Positions 24,724 to 34,797 of a stretch of DNA of 64,000 nucleotides are shown in pieces; the first letter of the stretch is position 1, and each line of letters starts with the position of its first letter. The DNA is from Hyalangium minutum (GTDB taxonomy: Bacteria > Myxococcota > Myxococcia > Myxococcales > Myxococcaceae), in contig NZ_JMCB01000025.1 of the NCBI RefSeq assembly GCF_000737315.1, forward strand, positions 1-64,000, given 5' to 3'. The translations under genes were made by a program, and so were the position numbers. The notes beneath the pieces are model-generated. The model ran no database searches and was not told the DNA's origin. It worked only from the letters and a program-made list of their open reading frames with translations.

Positions 24724-25554
24724 ATGCGTGCCTTCCTCTCCCCTCTCTTGCTCATGCTCGGCTTGGCAGGCCCTGCGCTGGCGCAGGCTCCCTCGGGTCC
24801 GTCGGCGGCCAACTCCGCGCCCGATGAGTCCTGGCTGAGCTATCCGGGCCCGGAGGCTCCCGCACCTCCGCCCGAACCCCTACCGCCGCCGCTTCCGGTG
24901 CGCACCTCGGGGGGCCGTGTCACCCAGTCCCGGCCACCTCCCGAGCCCCTCAAGCCCAACCGGGTGAGTCTCTACGGAGGGGGTGTCCTGGAGCCGGGCA
25001 GGGTGGGAGCGGGGCTCATGCTTGGCTTCCCCCTGGCCTCGGCGCGCGTCTCGGTGGGAGTGCTGCCCCGCCTGGATGCCGGGATCGGCGTGGACAGCCT
25101 CTACGGCATCATGAACGAGGTGCGCGGCTACGCGCGCTTCGAGCTGGTGCAGGGCGAGGAGGCGCACCTGGCCGTCTCGGTGGAGGGCGGGCACGCCTTC
25201 TTTCTCAGCACGCCGAGCCAGGAGGAGTTCGGGGCGCGCTACTTCACGGGCCGGCGCAACTGGAACGTGGCGCCGGGGCTGGTGGGCTCGCTGCCGCTGG
25301 GCGTGAGGACGCGAGGCTTCCTGGACGTGCGCTACCTCCTCGCCTTCGACACCCAGCCGTTCCAGCGCACGCCGCTGGGCGGGCGGCCAGAGGGAGTGCA
25401 GGTGTCCGGCAACTTCCTGTTCCGCGCGGGGCTCGAGGTTCCCTTCTCCGAGCGCACCTCGTACATCGTCATGGTCGGAGCCAACATCCAAGGTCGTGAG
25501 GAGGACGCTGCCTTCATGCCAGCCGTGGGGGTGGGCGTGGTGACGGGGTTCTGA
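24724..25554 (+). CDS. secreted protein, probable outer-membrane beta-barrel
   Basis: signal peptide ending ALA-Q, Pro-rich linker, alternating beta strands, C-terminal Phe (GVGVVTGF). Confidence 0.65.
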   Translation: MRAFLSPLLLMLGLAGPALAQAPSGPSAANSAPDESWLSYPGPEAPAPPPEPLPPPLPVRTSGGRVTQSRPPPEPLKPNRVSLYGGGVLEPGRVGAGLMLGFPLASARVSVGVLPRLDAGIGVDSLYGIMNEVRGYARFELVQGEEAHLAVSVEGGHAFFLSTPSQEEFGARYFTGRRNWNVAPGLVGSLPLGVRTRGFLDVRYLLAFDTQPFQRTPLGGRPEGVQVSGNFLFRAGLEVPFSERTSYIVMVGANIQGREEDAAFMPAVGVGVVTGF

Positions 25555-25563
25555 GGAGATTTC

Positions 25564-26571
25564 ATGCGTAGCAGCGTCATCGGCTCTGGTTCCTTTGGTA
25601 CGGCCCTGGCCAACTCCCTGGCCGTCAACTGCGAGGAGGTGCGCCTGTGGGGCCGTGACGCGGCGCTCGCCGAGGCCATCAACACCCGCCACGAGAACGC
25701 CACCTACCTGCCGGGTATCCCCTTGTCACCGCGGGTGCTCGCCACGCTGAGCCTGGAGGAGGCGCTGGAGGGCTCGGAGTTGGTGGTGCTCGCCACGCCG
25801 AGCCACGCCACGCGGGACATCGTCTCCCGTGCGCTGCCGTCCCTGCCGCGCCACGCGCCCCTCCTCACGGTGGCCAAAGGCATCGAGAACGAGTCTCTGC
25901 TGACGATGACGGAGCTCTTGGAGGACTGCCTGCCGGAGGAGTTCCACCCGTACATCGCGGTGCTCTCGGGGCCCAGCTTCGCCCGGGAGCTGGCGATGCG
26001 CAGCCCCACGGTGGTCACCATCGCCTCGCACTGGGAGAAGGTGGCGGTGCGTTGCCAGAAGGTGCTGCAGACGGAGACGTTCCGTTCGTACACCTCGAAT
26101 GACGTGGTGGGGGTGCAGTACGGCGGGGCGCTGAAGAACGTCATCGCCATCGCGGCCGGCATCGCGGACGGGCTGGGCATGGGCCACAACGCGCGCGCGG
26201 CCATCATCACCCGCGGCCTGGCGGAGATTACGCGCCTGGCGGTGCGCAAGGGCGGCAACCCGCTGACGCTCTCGGGGCTGTCGGGCATGGGAGACCTGGT
26301 GCTCACGTGCACCGGTGAGCTGAGCCGCAACCGGCGGGTAGGCATGGAGCTGGGCAAGGGGCGCCAGCTGGCGGACGTGCTCGCGGAGATGAAGCAGGTG
26401 GCCGAAGGCGTGAAGACGGCGAAGAGCGCCCGGGACTTGTCGGTGAAGACAGGCGTGGAGCTGCCCATCTGCCAGCAGGTCTACGCCATTGCCTACGAGG
26501 GCAAGGGCGCGAAGCAGGCGGTGGTGGAGCTGATGACGCGCCAGCCGAAGTCCGAGCTGAGCGGCCCCTGA
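25564..26571 (+). CDS. gpsA: NAD(P)H-dependent glycerol-3-phosphate dehydrogenase
   Basis: IGSGSFGTALA, LSGPSFA, GALKNVIAIAAG, GMGDLVLTC...SRNR, AEGVKT. Confidence 0.96.
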   Translation: MRSSVIGSGSFGTALANSLAVNCEEVRLWGRDAALAEAINTRHENATYLPGIPLSPRVLATLSLEEALEGSELVVLATPSHATRDIVSRALPSLPRHAPLLTVAKGIENESLLTMTELLEDCLPEEFHPYIAVLSGPSFARELAMRSPTVVTIASHWEKVAVRCQKVLQTETFRSYTSNDVVGVQYGGALKNVIAIAAGIADGLGMGHNARAAIITRGLAEITRLAVRKGGNPLTLSGLSGMGDLVLTCTGELSRNRRVGMELGKGRQLADVLAEMKQVAEGVKTAKSARDLSVKTGVELPICQQVYAIAYEGKGAKQAVVELMTRQPKSELSGP

Positions 26572-26585
26572 GTCTGCGGAACTTC

Positions 26586-28613
26586 ATGCCTCTGCTTCCT
26601 CCATCCTCCTCCTCGCGACAGGCTCCCACGTGGACTTTCTCCGTGATGTCGCTCGCGGAGAACTCGCCCATCGCCATCATCGAGTGGGATGCCGAGCTGA
26701 AGGTGCGCTTCTGGAACCCTCGGGCGGAGGAGATCTTCGGTTGGACGAAGGAGGAGATGTTCGGCAGGCACCCCTCGGAGAGCCAGCCCTTCGTCCACGA
26801 GCAGGACCTGACCCGAGCCCGGGAGGCCGTCCAGCGCCTGCAGGCAGGCAAGGAGCGCTGGAACTTGTGCCGCTGCCGCAACTACCGCAAGGACGGCTCG
26901 CTCATCCACTGCGAGTGGTACAACTACACGCTCCGGGATGCCTCGGGGCAACTGCTCTGCATTCTCTCGCAGGTGGTGGATGTCACCGAGCGGGACCAGA
27001 CGCTGCTCCAACTGGAGGAGAGCGAGCGCCGCTTCAAGGCCACCTTCGAGCTGGCCGCCGTGGGCATCGCGCACGTGAGCGTGGACGGATACATCGTCCG
27101 GGCCAACACGCGGCTGAGCGAGATCCTCGGCTACGCGCCCGAAGAGCTGACCCTCATCCGCGCCGATGACATCACCTATGTGGGGGATTTGAAGGAGGAC
27201 AAGGCGCAGTCCCGGCGGCTGCTCGAGGGCGTCTTCCCGCGGTACATCATCGAGAAGCGCTACGTGCGCAAGACCGGGGAGCGTGTGTGGTGCACCGTCA
27301 CGGTATCGCTGGTGCGCAAGCCGGATGGCATGCCGGACTACTTCATCAGCGTCATCGAGGACAGCTCCCGGCGGCACCGCGCGGAGATGGAGCGGGATGC
27401 GCTGCTGTCGCGCGAGCACCATGCCCGCACCGAGGCGGAGGAGCTGGTCCGCCGCCGCTCCGCGGAGCTGGCCGCCACGCGCAGCGCACTGGTGCAGGCC
27501 GAGCGCCTGGCCACCGCGGGCCAGCTGGCAGCTGGCGTGGGCCACGAGATCAACAACCCGCTGGCCTATGTGCTGGCGAACGTGACGTACGCGCTGGAGG
27601 AGCTGGGGCGGCTGGACAAGCCCATCCCCGGAGTGGATCTGGAGGAGGTGCGCAAGGCGCTGCTGCAGGCGCAGATGGGCGCCATTCGCATCCGCGACAT
27701 CGTCCGGGACTTGCGCATCTTCGCCCGGGGGGATCCGGAGGCGATTGGGCCCGTGGACGTCCAGGCGGCGTTGGAGTTCTCCATCGCCATGGCGACGCAT
27801 CAGATTCGCCAGCGGGCGCAGCTGGTGCGCGAGTACGCGCCTGTGCCCTTCGTCCGGGCGAACGAGTCCCGGCTGGGGCAGGTCTTCCTCAACCTGCTCA
27901 TCAACGCCGCGCAGGCCATCCCCGACACGGGGACGGCGGAGCACCAGCAGGTGAGGGTCGCCATGCGCCCGGGCGAAGAGGGGTGGGTCGTCGTCGAGGT
28001 GAGCGACACGGGCAAAGGCATCGATCCGGAGCACCTGCCGCACATCTTCGAGCCGTTCTTCACCACCAAGCCCATCGGCGTGGGCACGGGGTTGGGGCTG
28101 TCGGTGTGCCACGGCATCGTCACGGGGCTGGGGGGCCAGCTCCGGGTGGAGAGCCAGCCGGGCCAGGGGACGACATTCCGGGTGCTGCTGCCCGTGGGAG
28201 ACCTGGATTCGCCCGTCCGGTCTCCCGCGCCGCTCCTGGCCGAGCTGCCCAAGGTCAAAGCTCCCCGCCGTGTGCTGGTGATCGATGACGATCCCGAGGT
28301 CCGCCAGGCGCTTGCGCGCATCATCGGCGCGCCGCACGTGGTGGAGATGGCGGAGACGGCGCACGAGGCCCAGGAGCGCCTGCTGACGCACAGAGAGAGC
28401 TACGACGTCATCTTCTGCGACCTGATGATGCCGGAGCTGACTGGCATGGACCTGCACGACGCGCTCGAGACGGTGCGTCCCGAGGTGGTCCGGCGCATGG
28501 TGTTCATGTCGGCGGGGGCGTTTACGGCTCGGGCGGCGCGGTTCCTGGAGGATCACGCGTCGCGGCGAATCGAGAAGCCCTTCGACCCGGTGCGCGTCCG
28601 CGCGTTCCTGTAG
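26586..28613 (+). CDS. cytoplasmic hybrid histidine kinase (PAS-PAS-HisKA-HATPase-REC)
   Basis: two PAS/PAC segments; GVGHEINNPL; QVFLNLLINAAQA; FFTTKPIGVGTGLGL; VLVIDDD...FCDLMMP. Confidence 0.93.
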   Translation: MPLLPPSSSSRQAPTWTFSVMSLAENSPIAIIEWDAELKVRFWNPRAEEIFGWTKEEMFGRHPSESQPFVHEQDLTRAREAVQRLQAGKERWNLCRCRNYRKDGSLIHCEWYNYTLRDASGQLLCILSQVVDVTERDQTLLQLEESERRFKATFELAAVGIAHVSVDGYIVRANTRLSEILGYAPEELTLIRADDITYVGDLKEDKAQSRRLLEGVFPRYIIEKRYVRKTGERVWCTVTVSLVRKPDGMPDYFISVIEDSSRRHRAEMERDALLSREHHARTEAEELVRRRSAELAATRSALVQAERLATAGQLAAGVGHEINNPLAYVLANVTYALEELGRLDKPIPGVDLEEVRKALLQAQMGAIRIRDIVRDLRIFARGDPEAIGPVDVQAALEFSIAMATHQIRQRAQLVREYAPVPFVRANESRLGQVFLNLLINAAQAIPDTGTAEHQQVRVAMRPGEEGWVVVEVSDTGKGIDPEHLPHIFEPFFTTKPIGVGTGLGLSVCHGIVTGLGGQLRVESQPGQGTTFRVLLPVGDLDSPVRSPAPLLAELPKVKAPRRVLVIDDDPEVRQALARIIGAPHVVEMAETAHEAQERLLTHRESYDVIFCDLMMPELTGMDLHDALETVRPEVVRRMVFMSAGAFTARAARFLEDHASRRIEKPFDPVRVRAFL

Positions 28614-28616
28614 GGG

Positions 28617-29087
28617 CTAGTAGCGCTGGTCCTTCTTCTCGGGACCGGCGCCGCGCACGCGCCACATCATCATCTGGCTGGAGCTCATATAGGAGTTGAC
28701 CATGCCCTCCTGCTGCATCTGCTCCAGGAGCTTCACGGTCTTCAGACGATCCAGGCCGATGGCGCGAGCGATCATGTCACCGGGCAGCCCGCTGAGGTTG
28801 CGGCGCAGCTCGTTGACGATGGCGCGCTTGAACTCGTTCTTCGTCAGGCCGTCCATGTCCTGGCTCTTCCAGGCCTGGAAGATGCCCACCACCACCAGCA
28901 GGAGCGTGAGGCCGGCCAGGGCGGGGTAGACGATGTGGCTGTTCTGCTCGAGCATGTCGAAGTACTTCGGCGCCATCGACGATGCGGGCTTCACGTACTG
29001 GGGCGAGTCGTCCCTCCCGGGCATTCCCTCGGGGAGTCCGTCGATTTGCACCAGATGAAGCAGGAGGCTGAGCAGCAGCGTGAGCAC
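28617..29087 (-). CDS. membrane-anchored hypothetical protein with possible C-terminal winged helix
   Basis: GTG start at 29087; TM segment ALAGLTLLLVVVGIF; IARAIGLDRLKTVKLLEQMQQEGMV resembles an HTH/wing. Confidence 0.6.
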   Translation of the reverse strand: MLTLLLSLLLHLVQIDGLPEGMPGRDDSPQYVKPASSMAPKYFDMLEQNSHIVYPALAGLTLLLVVVGIFQAWKSQDMDGLTKNEFKRAIVNELRRNLSGLPGDMIARAIGLDRLKTVKLLEQMQQEGMVNSYMSSSQMMMWRVRGAGPEKKDQRY

Positions 29088-29150
29088 GGGGGGACTGTAG
29101 AAAAGCTTCGGGGGGCCCCGCAACAGGTGCGCTAGCCTGCCACCCGCGCT

Positions 29151-29933
29151 ATGCCCATCGTCAGCCTGCACACGGATTTTGGAGTCACGGATACGTATGT
29201 GGGGCAGATGAAGGCGGCCATCCTGCGGGTGGCACCCACGGCGACCCTGGTGGACTTGACGCACGGCGTCCCTGCCCAGGATGTGCGTGCCGGAGCCTTC
29301 CTGCTCTGGACGGCGGTGGAGGCCTTCCCCGCAGGCTCCTTGCACTTGGCCGTAGTGGACCCGGGGGTGGGCTCAAGCCGGCGAGCCGTGGCGGCTCGTT
29401 CCCGGCGAGGAGATGTGCTGGTGGGCCCGGACAACGGGCTGCTGGTGCCGGCGCTGGAGCAGCTGGGAGGCCTGGACGTGGCCGTCGAGCTGACCGAGCC
29501 AGCGTACTGGGGCCCGCTGCGCTCGCGCACCTTCCATGGAAGGGATCTCTTTGCTCCGGTGGTGGGGCATCTGGCGTCGGGCGTGCCCATCGAGCGGATG
29601 GGGGCTCGCCTGGAGCGGCTGGAGGCGCCGTTCCAGCTGTCTCCCCCCACGCAAGAGGACGGATGCGTGGTGGGGGAGGTGGTGCACGTGGACACCTACG
29701 GCAACCTGATCACCAACCTCCCGAGCGCCTTATTGCCCCCGAGGTTCCGGGTGAGGGTGGGGCTCACCGTGGTGAAAGGCGCGCCCCATCCGCACTACCA
29801 GGCGGTGCATCCGGGAGAGCTGCTGGCATTGGTGGGGAGCGCGGGGTTGCTGGAGCTCTCCGCCCGGGATGGCAGCGCGGCCTCCGTGCTCGGCGCCGAG
29901 CGCGGAGAGCGCGTGCACATCGAACCCGAGTGA
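29151..29933 (+). CDS. SAM hydroxide adenosyltransferase (DUF62; chlorinase/fluorinase superfamily)
   Basis: LHTDFG, VVDPGVG..RR, GPDNGLL, TFHGRD, VDTYGNLITN. Confidence 0.9.
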   Translation: MPIVSLHTDFGVTDTYVGQMKAAILRVAPTATLVDLTHGVPAQDVRAGAFLLWTAVEAFPAGSLHLAVVDPGVGSSRRAVAARSRRGDVLVGPDNGLLVPALEQLGGLDVAVELTEPAYWGPLRSRTFHGRDLFAPVVGHLASGVPIERMGARLERLEAPFQLSPPTQEDGCVVGEVVHVDTYGNLITNLPSALLPPRFRVRVGLTVVKGAPHPHYQAVHPGELLALVGSAGLLELSARDGSAASVLGAERGERVHIEPE

Positions 29934-29964
29934 AGCTCGGGCTGTTCACGGAAAGTCTGGGGGG

Positions 29965-31617
29965 TTACAGCGCGCCGAGGGCCTCGGAGGCACCCTCGGC
30001 GAACAGCGTGGTGTCCGCCTTGGCCAGGAGGGACGTGAGTCCCTCTCGTGTCTGGGCGCTGATGGCCACGCCGCCGCGCGAACGCAGCAGGGCCTCCACG
30101 TCCTCGGCCGGCAGCAGGTCCGCCTTGTTCCAGACCATGAGGCGCGGCTTGTCCATCAGCCCCAGCGAGCCGAGGATGCCCTCCACGGCCTCCACCTGCT
30201 CGTCGCGCGCCAGGTCCGCCGCATCCACCACGTGCAGCAGCAGGCTCGCATCGGCCAGCTCCTCCAGCGTGGCGCGGAACGCGGCCACCAGGTCCTTGGG
30301 CAAATCGCGGATGAAACCCACCGTGTCGGTGATGATGACCTCGCGCTCCTGCGGGAAGCGCAGGCGGCGGCTGGTGGGGTCCAGCGTGGCGAACAGCTTG
30401 TTCTCCGCCAGCACCTCGGCGTTGGTGATGGCGTTGAGCAGCGTGGACTTGCCCGCGTTCGTGTAGCCCACGATGGAGATGACGGGCAGCTCGCGCCGGT
30501 TGCGCTGGGCCCGCCGCACGCTGCGCTCGCGCGAGATGGTGTCGATGCGCTTCTCCAGGTGGGTAATGCGCTCGCGCACCCGGCGGCGATCGATCTCGAG
30601 CTTCGTCTCACCGGGGCCGCGCCCGCCGATGCCACCGGCGAGCCGGCTGAGCGAGTCATCACTCTGCACCAGCCGCGGCAGCCGGTACTTCAGCTGGGCC
30701 AGCTCCACCTGGAGCTTGCCCTCGGCGCTCTGCGCGCGCTGCGCGAAGATGTCGAGGATGAGCTGCGTGCGGTCCAGCACCTTGAGGCTGGTGGCCTCGG
30801 CGATGTGCCGGCCCTGCGAGGGCGTCAGGTCCTTGTCGAAGATGATCAGGTCCACCATGGACTGCATGGAGCGCAGGTTCAGGTCCTCGAGCTTGCCGCG
30901 GCCGATGAGGTAGCGCGGATCCGCCTCGCGGCGCATCTGCAGCACGCTGTCGATGACCTCTACGCCCGCCGTGCGCGCCAGCTCCTTGAGTTCCGCGAGA
31001 CTGGCCTCGGCATGGCCGCGGTTGCCATCCAGGCACACCGCCACGAGGATGGCCTTCTCCCGCCCTCCCACCGCACGCGCGGCGGCCTTGCGGTTGAGCT
31101 CCTCTTCCAGCGCGTCCATCGTATCGATCAGGTCCGGCTGGCCCGTGTGGACGCTGGGCAGCGTGGAGACGCGCCAGAACTCGTTCGCGCCGTTCTCCGG
31201 CACCAGGTGCGCGTAGTGCAGCACCCCGGGAAGACCCTCGCGGCCCACGCCCACGGCGGCCACCATGTCCAGGCGCAGCAGCGCGAGGTCCGTCAGGTCG
31301 TCCTTCGTCAGCGGCTCGCTCTTGAGGTGCGTGTGCACCAGGCGGAGGCCACGCAGACGGACCTGGCCCGCACGGGCGCGGCCGATGTCCGGCAGCTCCA
31401 GCTTGTGAGCATTGCCCACCACCACGTACTCGATGTCGCCCTTGCGGTTGATGAGGACGCCGATCTGGCGGTGGGTCTCGCTCGACAGCTCGGTGAGGTG
31501 GCGGGCGAGCTCCGGCGAGACGATCTCGTGGGGGTCTACTCGGCGGCGGTAGGTGTTGCGCAGGCGCTGCTGCTCGCTCGACTTGAGGCCCAGGGTGTTG
31601 CCGTAGATTTCCTTCAA
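29965..31617 (-). CDS. hflX: ribosome-splitting GTPase HflX, long N-terminal form
   Basis: [45 protein letters not shown]. Confidence 0.96.
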   Translation of the reverse strand: MKEIYGNTLGLKSSEQQRLRNTYRRRVDPHEIVSPELARHLTELSSETHRQIGVLINRKGDIEYVVVGNAHKLELPDIGRARAGQVRLRGLRLVHTHLKSEPLTKDDLTDLALLRLDMVAAVGVGREGLPGVLHYAHLVPENGANEFWRVSTLPSVHTGQPDLIDTMDALEEELNRKAAARAVGGREKAILVAVCLDGNRGHAEASLAELKELARTAGVEVIDSVLQMRREADPRYLIGRGKLEDLNLRSMQSMVDLIIFDKDLTPSQGRHIAEATSLKVLDRTQLILDIFAQRAQSAEGKLQVELAQLKYRLPRLVQSDDSLSRLAGGIGGRGPGETKLEIDRRRVRERITHLEKRIDTISRERSVRRAQRNRRELPVISIVGYTNAGKSTLLNAITNAEVLAENKLFATLDPTSRRLRFPQEREVIITDTVGFIRDLPKDLVAAFRATLEELADASLLLHVVDAADLARDEQVEAVEGILGSLGLMDKPRLMVWNKADLLPAEDVEALLRSRGGVAISAQTREGLTSLLAKADTTLFAEGASEALGAL

Positions 31618-31772
31618 ACTTTCCTTCTCCCGCGCGGTTCCGGCCCGCGTCCAAAGCCGTCCCCCCCACTTTAAGGACTTACCGGGCCGGATTCACGGCT
31701 CCAGGGTCCGGAAAAAGGGGACTGGTGTGAACACCCGAGCGGCGCGTCTACTTCCAGCCTAATCTGCGCGCC

Positions 31773-32900
31773 GTGAGCACTTCGGGACGAGAGGCTGTGC
31801 GCGCCGCCCGGCGCGTGGTGGTGAAGATTGGGACGAATGCGCTGACGAACGCCACGGGGCGCTTCAACCGCGCCCACTTCGAGGCGTTGAGCGAGGACCT
31901 GCTCTGGGCCGCCCAGGGCCGCGAGCTGGTGGTGGTGTCCAGCGGAGCCATTGCCCTGGGGGTGGAGCGGCTCGGGTTGCCTGCGCGTCCCAAGGATATT
32001 CCCGGCAAGCAGGCCTGCGCGGCGGTGGGCCAGAGCCGCCTGATGCAGGCGTACGAGGAGGCCTTTGGTCGCGCGGACAAGCGCGTGGCGCAGATTCTCC
32101 TGACCCACGAGGACGTGCAGGACCGGCGACGCTACCTCAATGTGAAGCATGCCCTCGAGAAGCTGCTCGAGGCGGGCGTGGTCCCCATCATCAACGAGAA
32201 CGACACCGTCTCCGTGGACGAGCTGAAGTTCGGCGACAATGACACGCTGGCCAGCCTCGTGACGGGCGTCATCGAGGCAGAGCTGCTCGTGGTGCTCTCC
32301 GACGTGGAGGGCCTCTACACGGCAGACCCGCGCAAGGATCCTCAGGCGAAGCTGCTGACGCAGGTGGACGCGGTGACGCCCGAGCTGCTGGCCCTCGCTG
32401 GAGGCAGTGGCAGCACGGTGGGCACGGGCGGCATGGCCACGAAGATTCGCGCCGCGGCCCGCGTGGCCGAGCGTGGCATCCGCTGCATCATCACCTCGGG
32501 CGCGGTACCTGGGCGTCTGCGTGCGGCGCTCCAGGGGGAGCCCACGGGCACGCTCTTCGAGGCCTCCGAGAACCGCCGCAGCGCGCGCATGGCCTGGATC
32601 GCCCACGCCCTGCGTCCCAAGGGCAAGCTCGTCGTGGATGTGGGAGCTCGCGAGGCCATCGTCGGCGGTAAGCGGAGCCTGCTGCCCTCGGGCGTGAAGC
32701 AGGTGGAGGGAGACTTCGGCCGAGGTGACCCGGTGGACCTGGTGGACGAGCAGGGCACCGCCTTCGCCCGGGGGCTGAGCGCCTACGAGAACAGCGAGCT
32801 CCGCAAGATCGCCGGCAAGAAGAGCTCCGACATCGAAGCCATCCTCGGCTACCGGTACATCGACGAGGCCGTGCACCGTGACGACTTGGCGGTGCTCTAG
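31773..32900 (+). CDS. proB: glutamate 5-kinase with C-terminal PUA domain
   Basis: VVVKIG, VSSGAIALG, INENDTV, FGDNDTL, GTGGMATK, SLLPSG. Confidence 0.96.
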   Translation: MSTSGREAVRAARRVVVKIGTNALTNATGRFNRAHFEALSEDLLWAAQGRELVVVSSGAIALGVERLGLPARPKDIPGKQACAAVGQSRLMQAYEEAFGRADKRVAQILLTHEDVQDRRRYLNVKHALEKLLEAGVVPIINENDTVSVDELKFGDNDTLASLVTGVIEAELLVVLSDVEGLYTADPRKDPQAKLLTQVDAVTPELLALAGGSGSTVGTGGMATKIRAAARVAERGIRCIITSGAVPGRLRAALQGEPTGTLFEASENRRSARMAWIAHALRPKGKLVVDVGAREAIVGGKRSLLPSGVKQVEGDFGRGDPVDLVDEQGTAFARGLSAYENSELRKIAGKKSSDIEAILGYRYIDEAVHRDDLAVL

Positions 32901-32993
32901 CCGCCTGAAGTGACGAATTGGCAGGGAGCAGGGGAGCGCTCAGGCGCCCGCTCGAGTCCCAGGAGTGGGAAGAGCCGTCCCAGAACTGGGACG

Positions 32994-33461
32994 TCAGATG
33001 GGCCGGGGACCGCCGCCGGTGGCGCTGTCGTCCGCCAGGTCCATGAGCGCGCGGAACTCGGGCGAGTCCACCTTCATCAGCAGGAGGGAGACCTCCAGCT
33101 CACCCGGGAACTTGCCCAGTTGCAGTTTGCGCTGCTGACCGTGGAGCAATGCCAGCTCCGAGTGGCCTCGGAGCTCCGGCAGCGTCAGCTCCAGCGAGAG
33201 GTGGTACAGGCCGCCCTCGACGATGGGCGTGAGCACCAGCTGGTAGTCCGGCTGCGGAGCGCCTGGCTTGCGGCGCTCGGCCCGGAGCGTCCGGCCCGTC
33301 TCACCCAGCAGCTTGGGCTGGGCGACCAGCCGGCCCTCGCGCCGCACCTCCAGCGCGAGGTACAGCGGCTCGGCCTCGGCGGTGGCCGGTACGAGGGAAG
33401 TGGTGAGGCCCACCAACGCCAGCCCCAAGAGCATGCTTCTGAGAAGGGAGGTGCGGTTCAC
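32994..33461 (-). CDS. secreted hypothetical protein
   Basis: GTG start with GAGGA RBS; signal peptide ending AEA; beta-rich mature part. Confidence 0.7.
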   Translation of the reverse strand: MNRTSLLRSMLLGLALVGLTTSLVPATAEAEPLYLALEVRREGRLVAQPKLLGETGRTLRAERRKPGAPQPDYQLVLTPIVEGGLYHLSLELTLPELRGHSELALLHGQQRKLQLGKFPGELEVSLLLMKVDSPEFRALMDLADDSATGGGPRPI

Positions 33462-33623
33462 GGTGAGTCCTCGCCAAAGCAACCTTCGCGCCATGTCGGC
33501 CCGGTCCTATTCCCGACACCCTACCCCCGCAGGCGGTTCCGATTGCTTTTTGTAAGGAATAACCCAGATGGAAGGCGAGAGCGAGACCCCCGGGCTCCTC
33601 TGTCTGGTTGCTAAATGTGGGTT

Positions 33624-33639
33624 TGGCGAGCACTTTGCT
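33624..33639 (+). promoter_or_regulatory. candidate sigma54 -24/-12 promoter upstream of the WYL pair
   Basis: TGGCGAGCACTTTGCT: GG at 33625-6 and GC at 33637-8, the canonical 12-bp spacing, with TTGCT -12 element. Confidence 0.55.
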
Positions 33640-33777
33640 TTACCTGCTTGCGCGTTCAGTCAGGTGTGGATATCCGATCCAGACCCACCTGCCATGCACC
33701 CGCCGTCCAACCGCCCGATGCCCATGCCCGCCTTGACCATGCGTACCCGGATTCGCCATCGTCGCCGACCTCCTGAC

Positions 33778-34797
33778 ATGGAACGTACGGAACGCCTCCT
33801 GGATTTGGTTGCCCTGCTGCTCGACGCCCGCGAGCCCATCTCGTGGGCGGAGCTGCGTGAGCACTTCCCCTCCGACTACGGAGGCATCTCGGACGATGCC
33901 GCTGAGCGCAAGTTCGAGCGCGACAAGGCGGAGCTGCTCGAGCTGGGCCTGCCGCTCACCTATATCCAGGGCGACGACGACCGGAAGGACGGCTACATCG
34001 TCGACCGGAGCGCGTACTACCTGCCGGAGGCGAACCTCACCAAGGAGGAGCTCGCGGTGCTCTACGCCGCAGGTAGCGCCGCGCTGGCCTCGGGAGCCTT
34101 CCCAGGACGTGATGACCTGGCGCACGCGCTGCGCAAGATTGGCTTCTTTGCCGGAGATGCGCTGCCTTCACCTCGCGTGCGCATGGAGGTGGGCTCGGCG
34201 CAGAGCGATCCGGAGCTGTCCGCCCGCCTGGAGCAGCTCTGGGAGGCATGTGCCACGCACAAGTGGGTGCAGATCGCCTATGGCTCGCCCAAGCGCGCGG
34301 AGGTGACGGACCGCAAGGTGGACCCGTACGGCCTGGCGCTGCGCCGGGGCGTGTGGACGCTCGTGGGCTACTGCCACCTGCGCCAGGGCCTGCGCTCCTT
34401 CCACGTGCACCGCATCCGCGAGCTGAAGGTGAACACCGCCCGCCCGCGCACGCCGGACTTCGAGGTGCCCGCGAACTTCTCGCTGGACTCCTATGTGGCG
34501 TACTACCCGTGGCAGCACCGCTTCCACGAGCCCATGGAGGTGACGCTGCTGCTGCGAGGAGACGCGGCCCAGCGCGCCGCCAGCCTCTTCCCGGGTGCCA
34601 CGGTGGAGCCGGCCGAGGACCGCGTCCGGGCCCGCCTGAGTGTGACGTACCTGGAGGGCCTGCTGCGCTTCTGCCTGGCGCTGGGGCCCGAGTGCCGCGT
34701 GGAGTCCCCCGAGCCCGCTGTCGCCCGTGTCCGGGAGATGGGCGCGCGCATCCTCGAGCGCCACGCGGTGGCCGAGGAGAGGAAGGTGAGCGCATGA
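33778..34797 (+). CDS. PafB-like HTH-WYL-WCX transcriptional regulator
   Basis: RKFERDKAELLELGLPL (PafB-type wHTH); VDPYGL...WTLVGYCHLRQGLRSFHVHRI (WYL). Confidence 0.88.
   Translation: MERTERLLDLVALLLDAREPISWAELREHFPSDYGGISDDAAERKFERDKAELLELGLPLTYIQGDDDRKDGYIVDRSAYYLPEANLTKEELAVLYAAGSAALASGAFPGRDDLAHALRKIGFFAGDALPSPRVRMEVGSAQSDPELSARLEQLWEACATHKWVQIAYGSPKRAEVTDRKVDPYGLALRRGVWTLVGYCHLRQGLRSFHVHRIRELKVNTARPRTPDFEVPANFSLDSYVAYYPWQHRFHEPMEVTLLLRGDAAQRAASLFPGATVEPAEDRVRARLSVTYLEGLLRFCLALGPECRVESPEPAVARVREMGARILERHAVAEERKVSA

Noticed and set aside
29151-29933. Possible SAM-dependent chlorinase or fluorinase (halogenation)
   Set aside because: The Asp-Arg-His pattern (VVDPGVG..RR, TFHGRD) fits the DUF62 SAM hydroxide adenosyltransferases, and no biosynthetic cluster is nearby.
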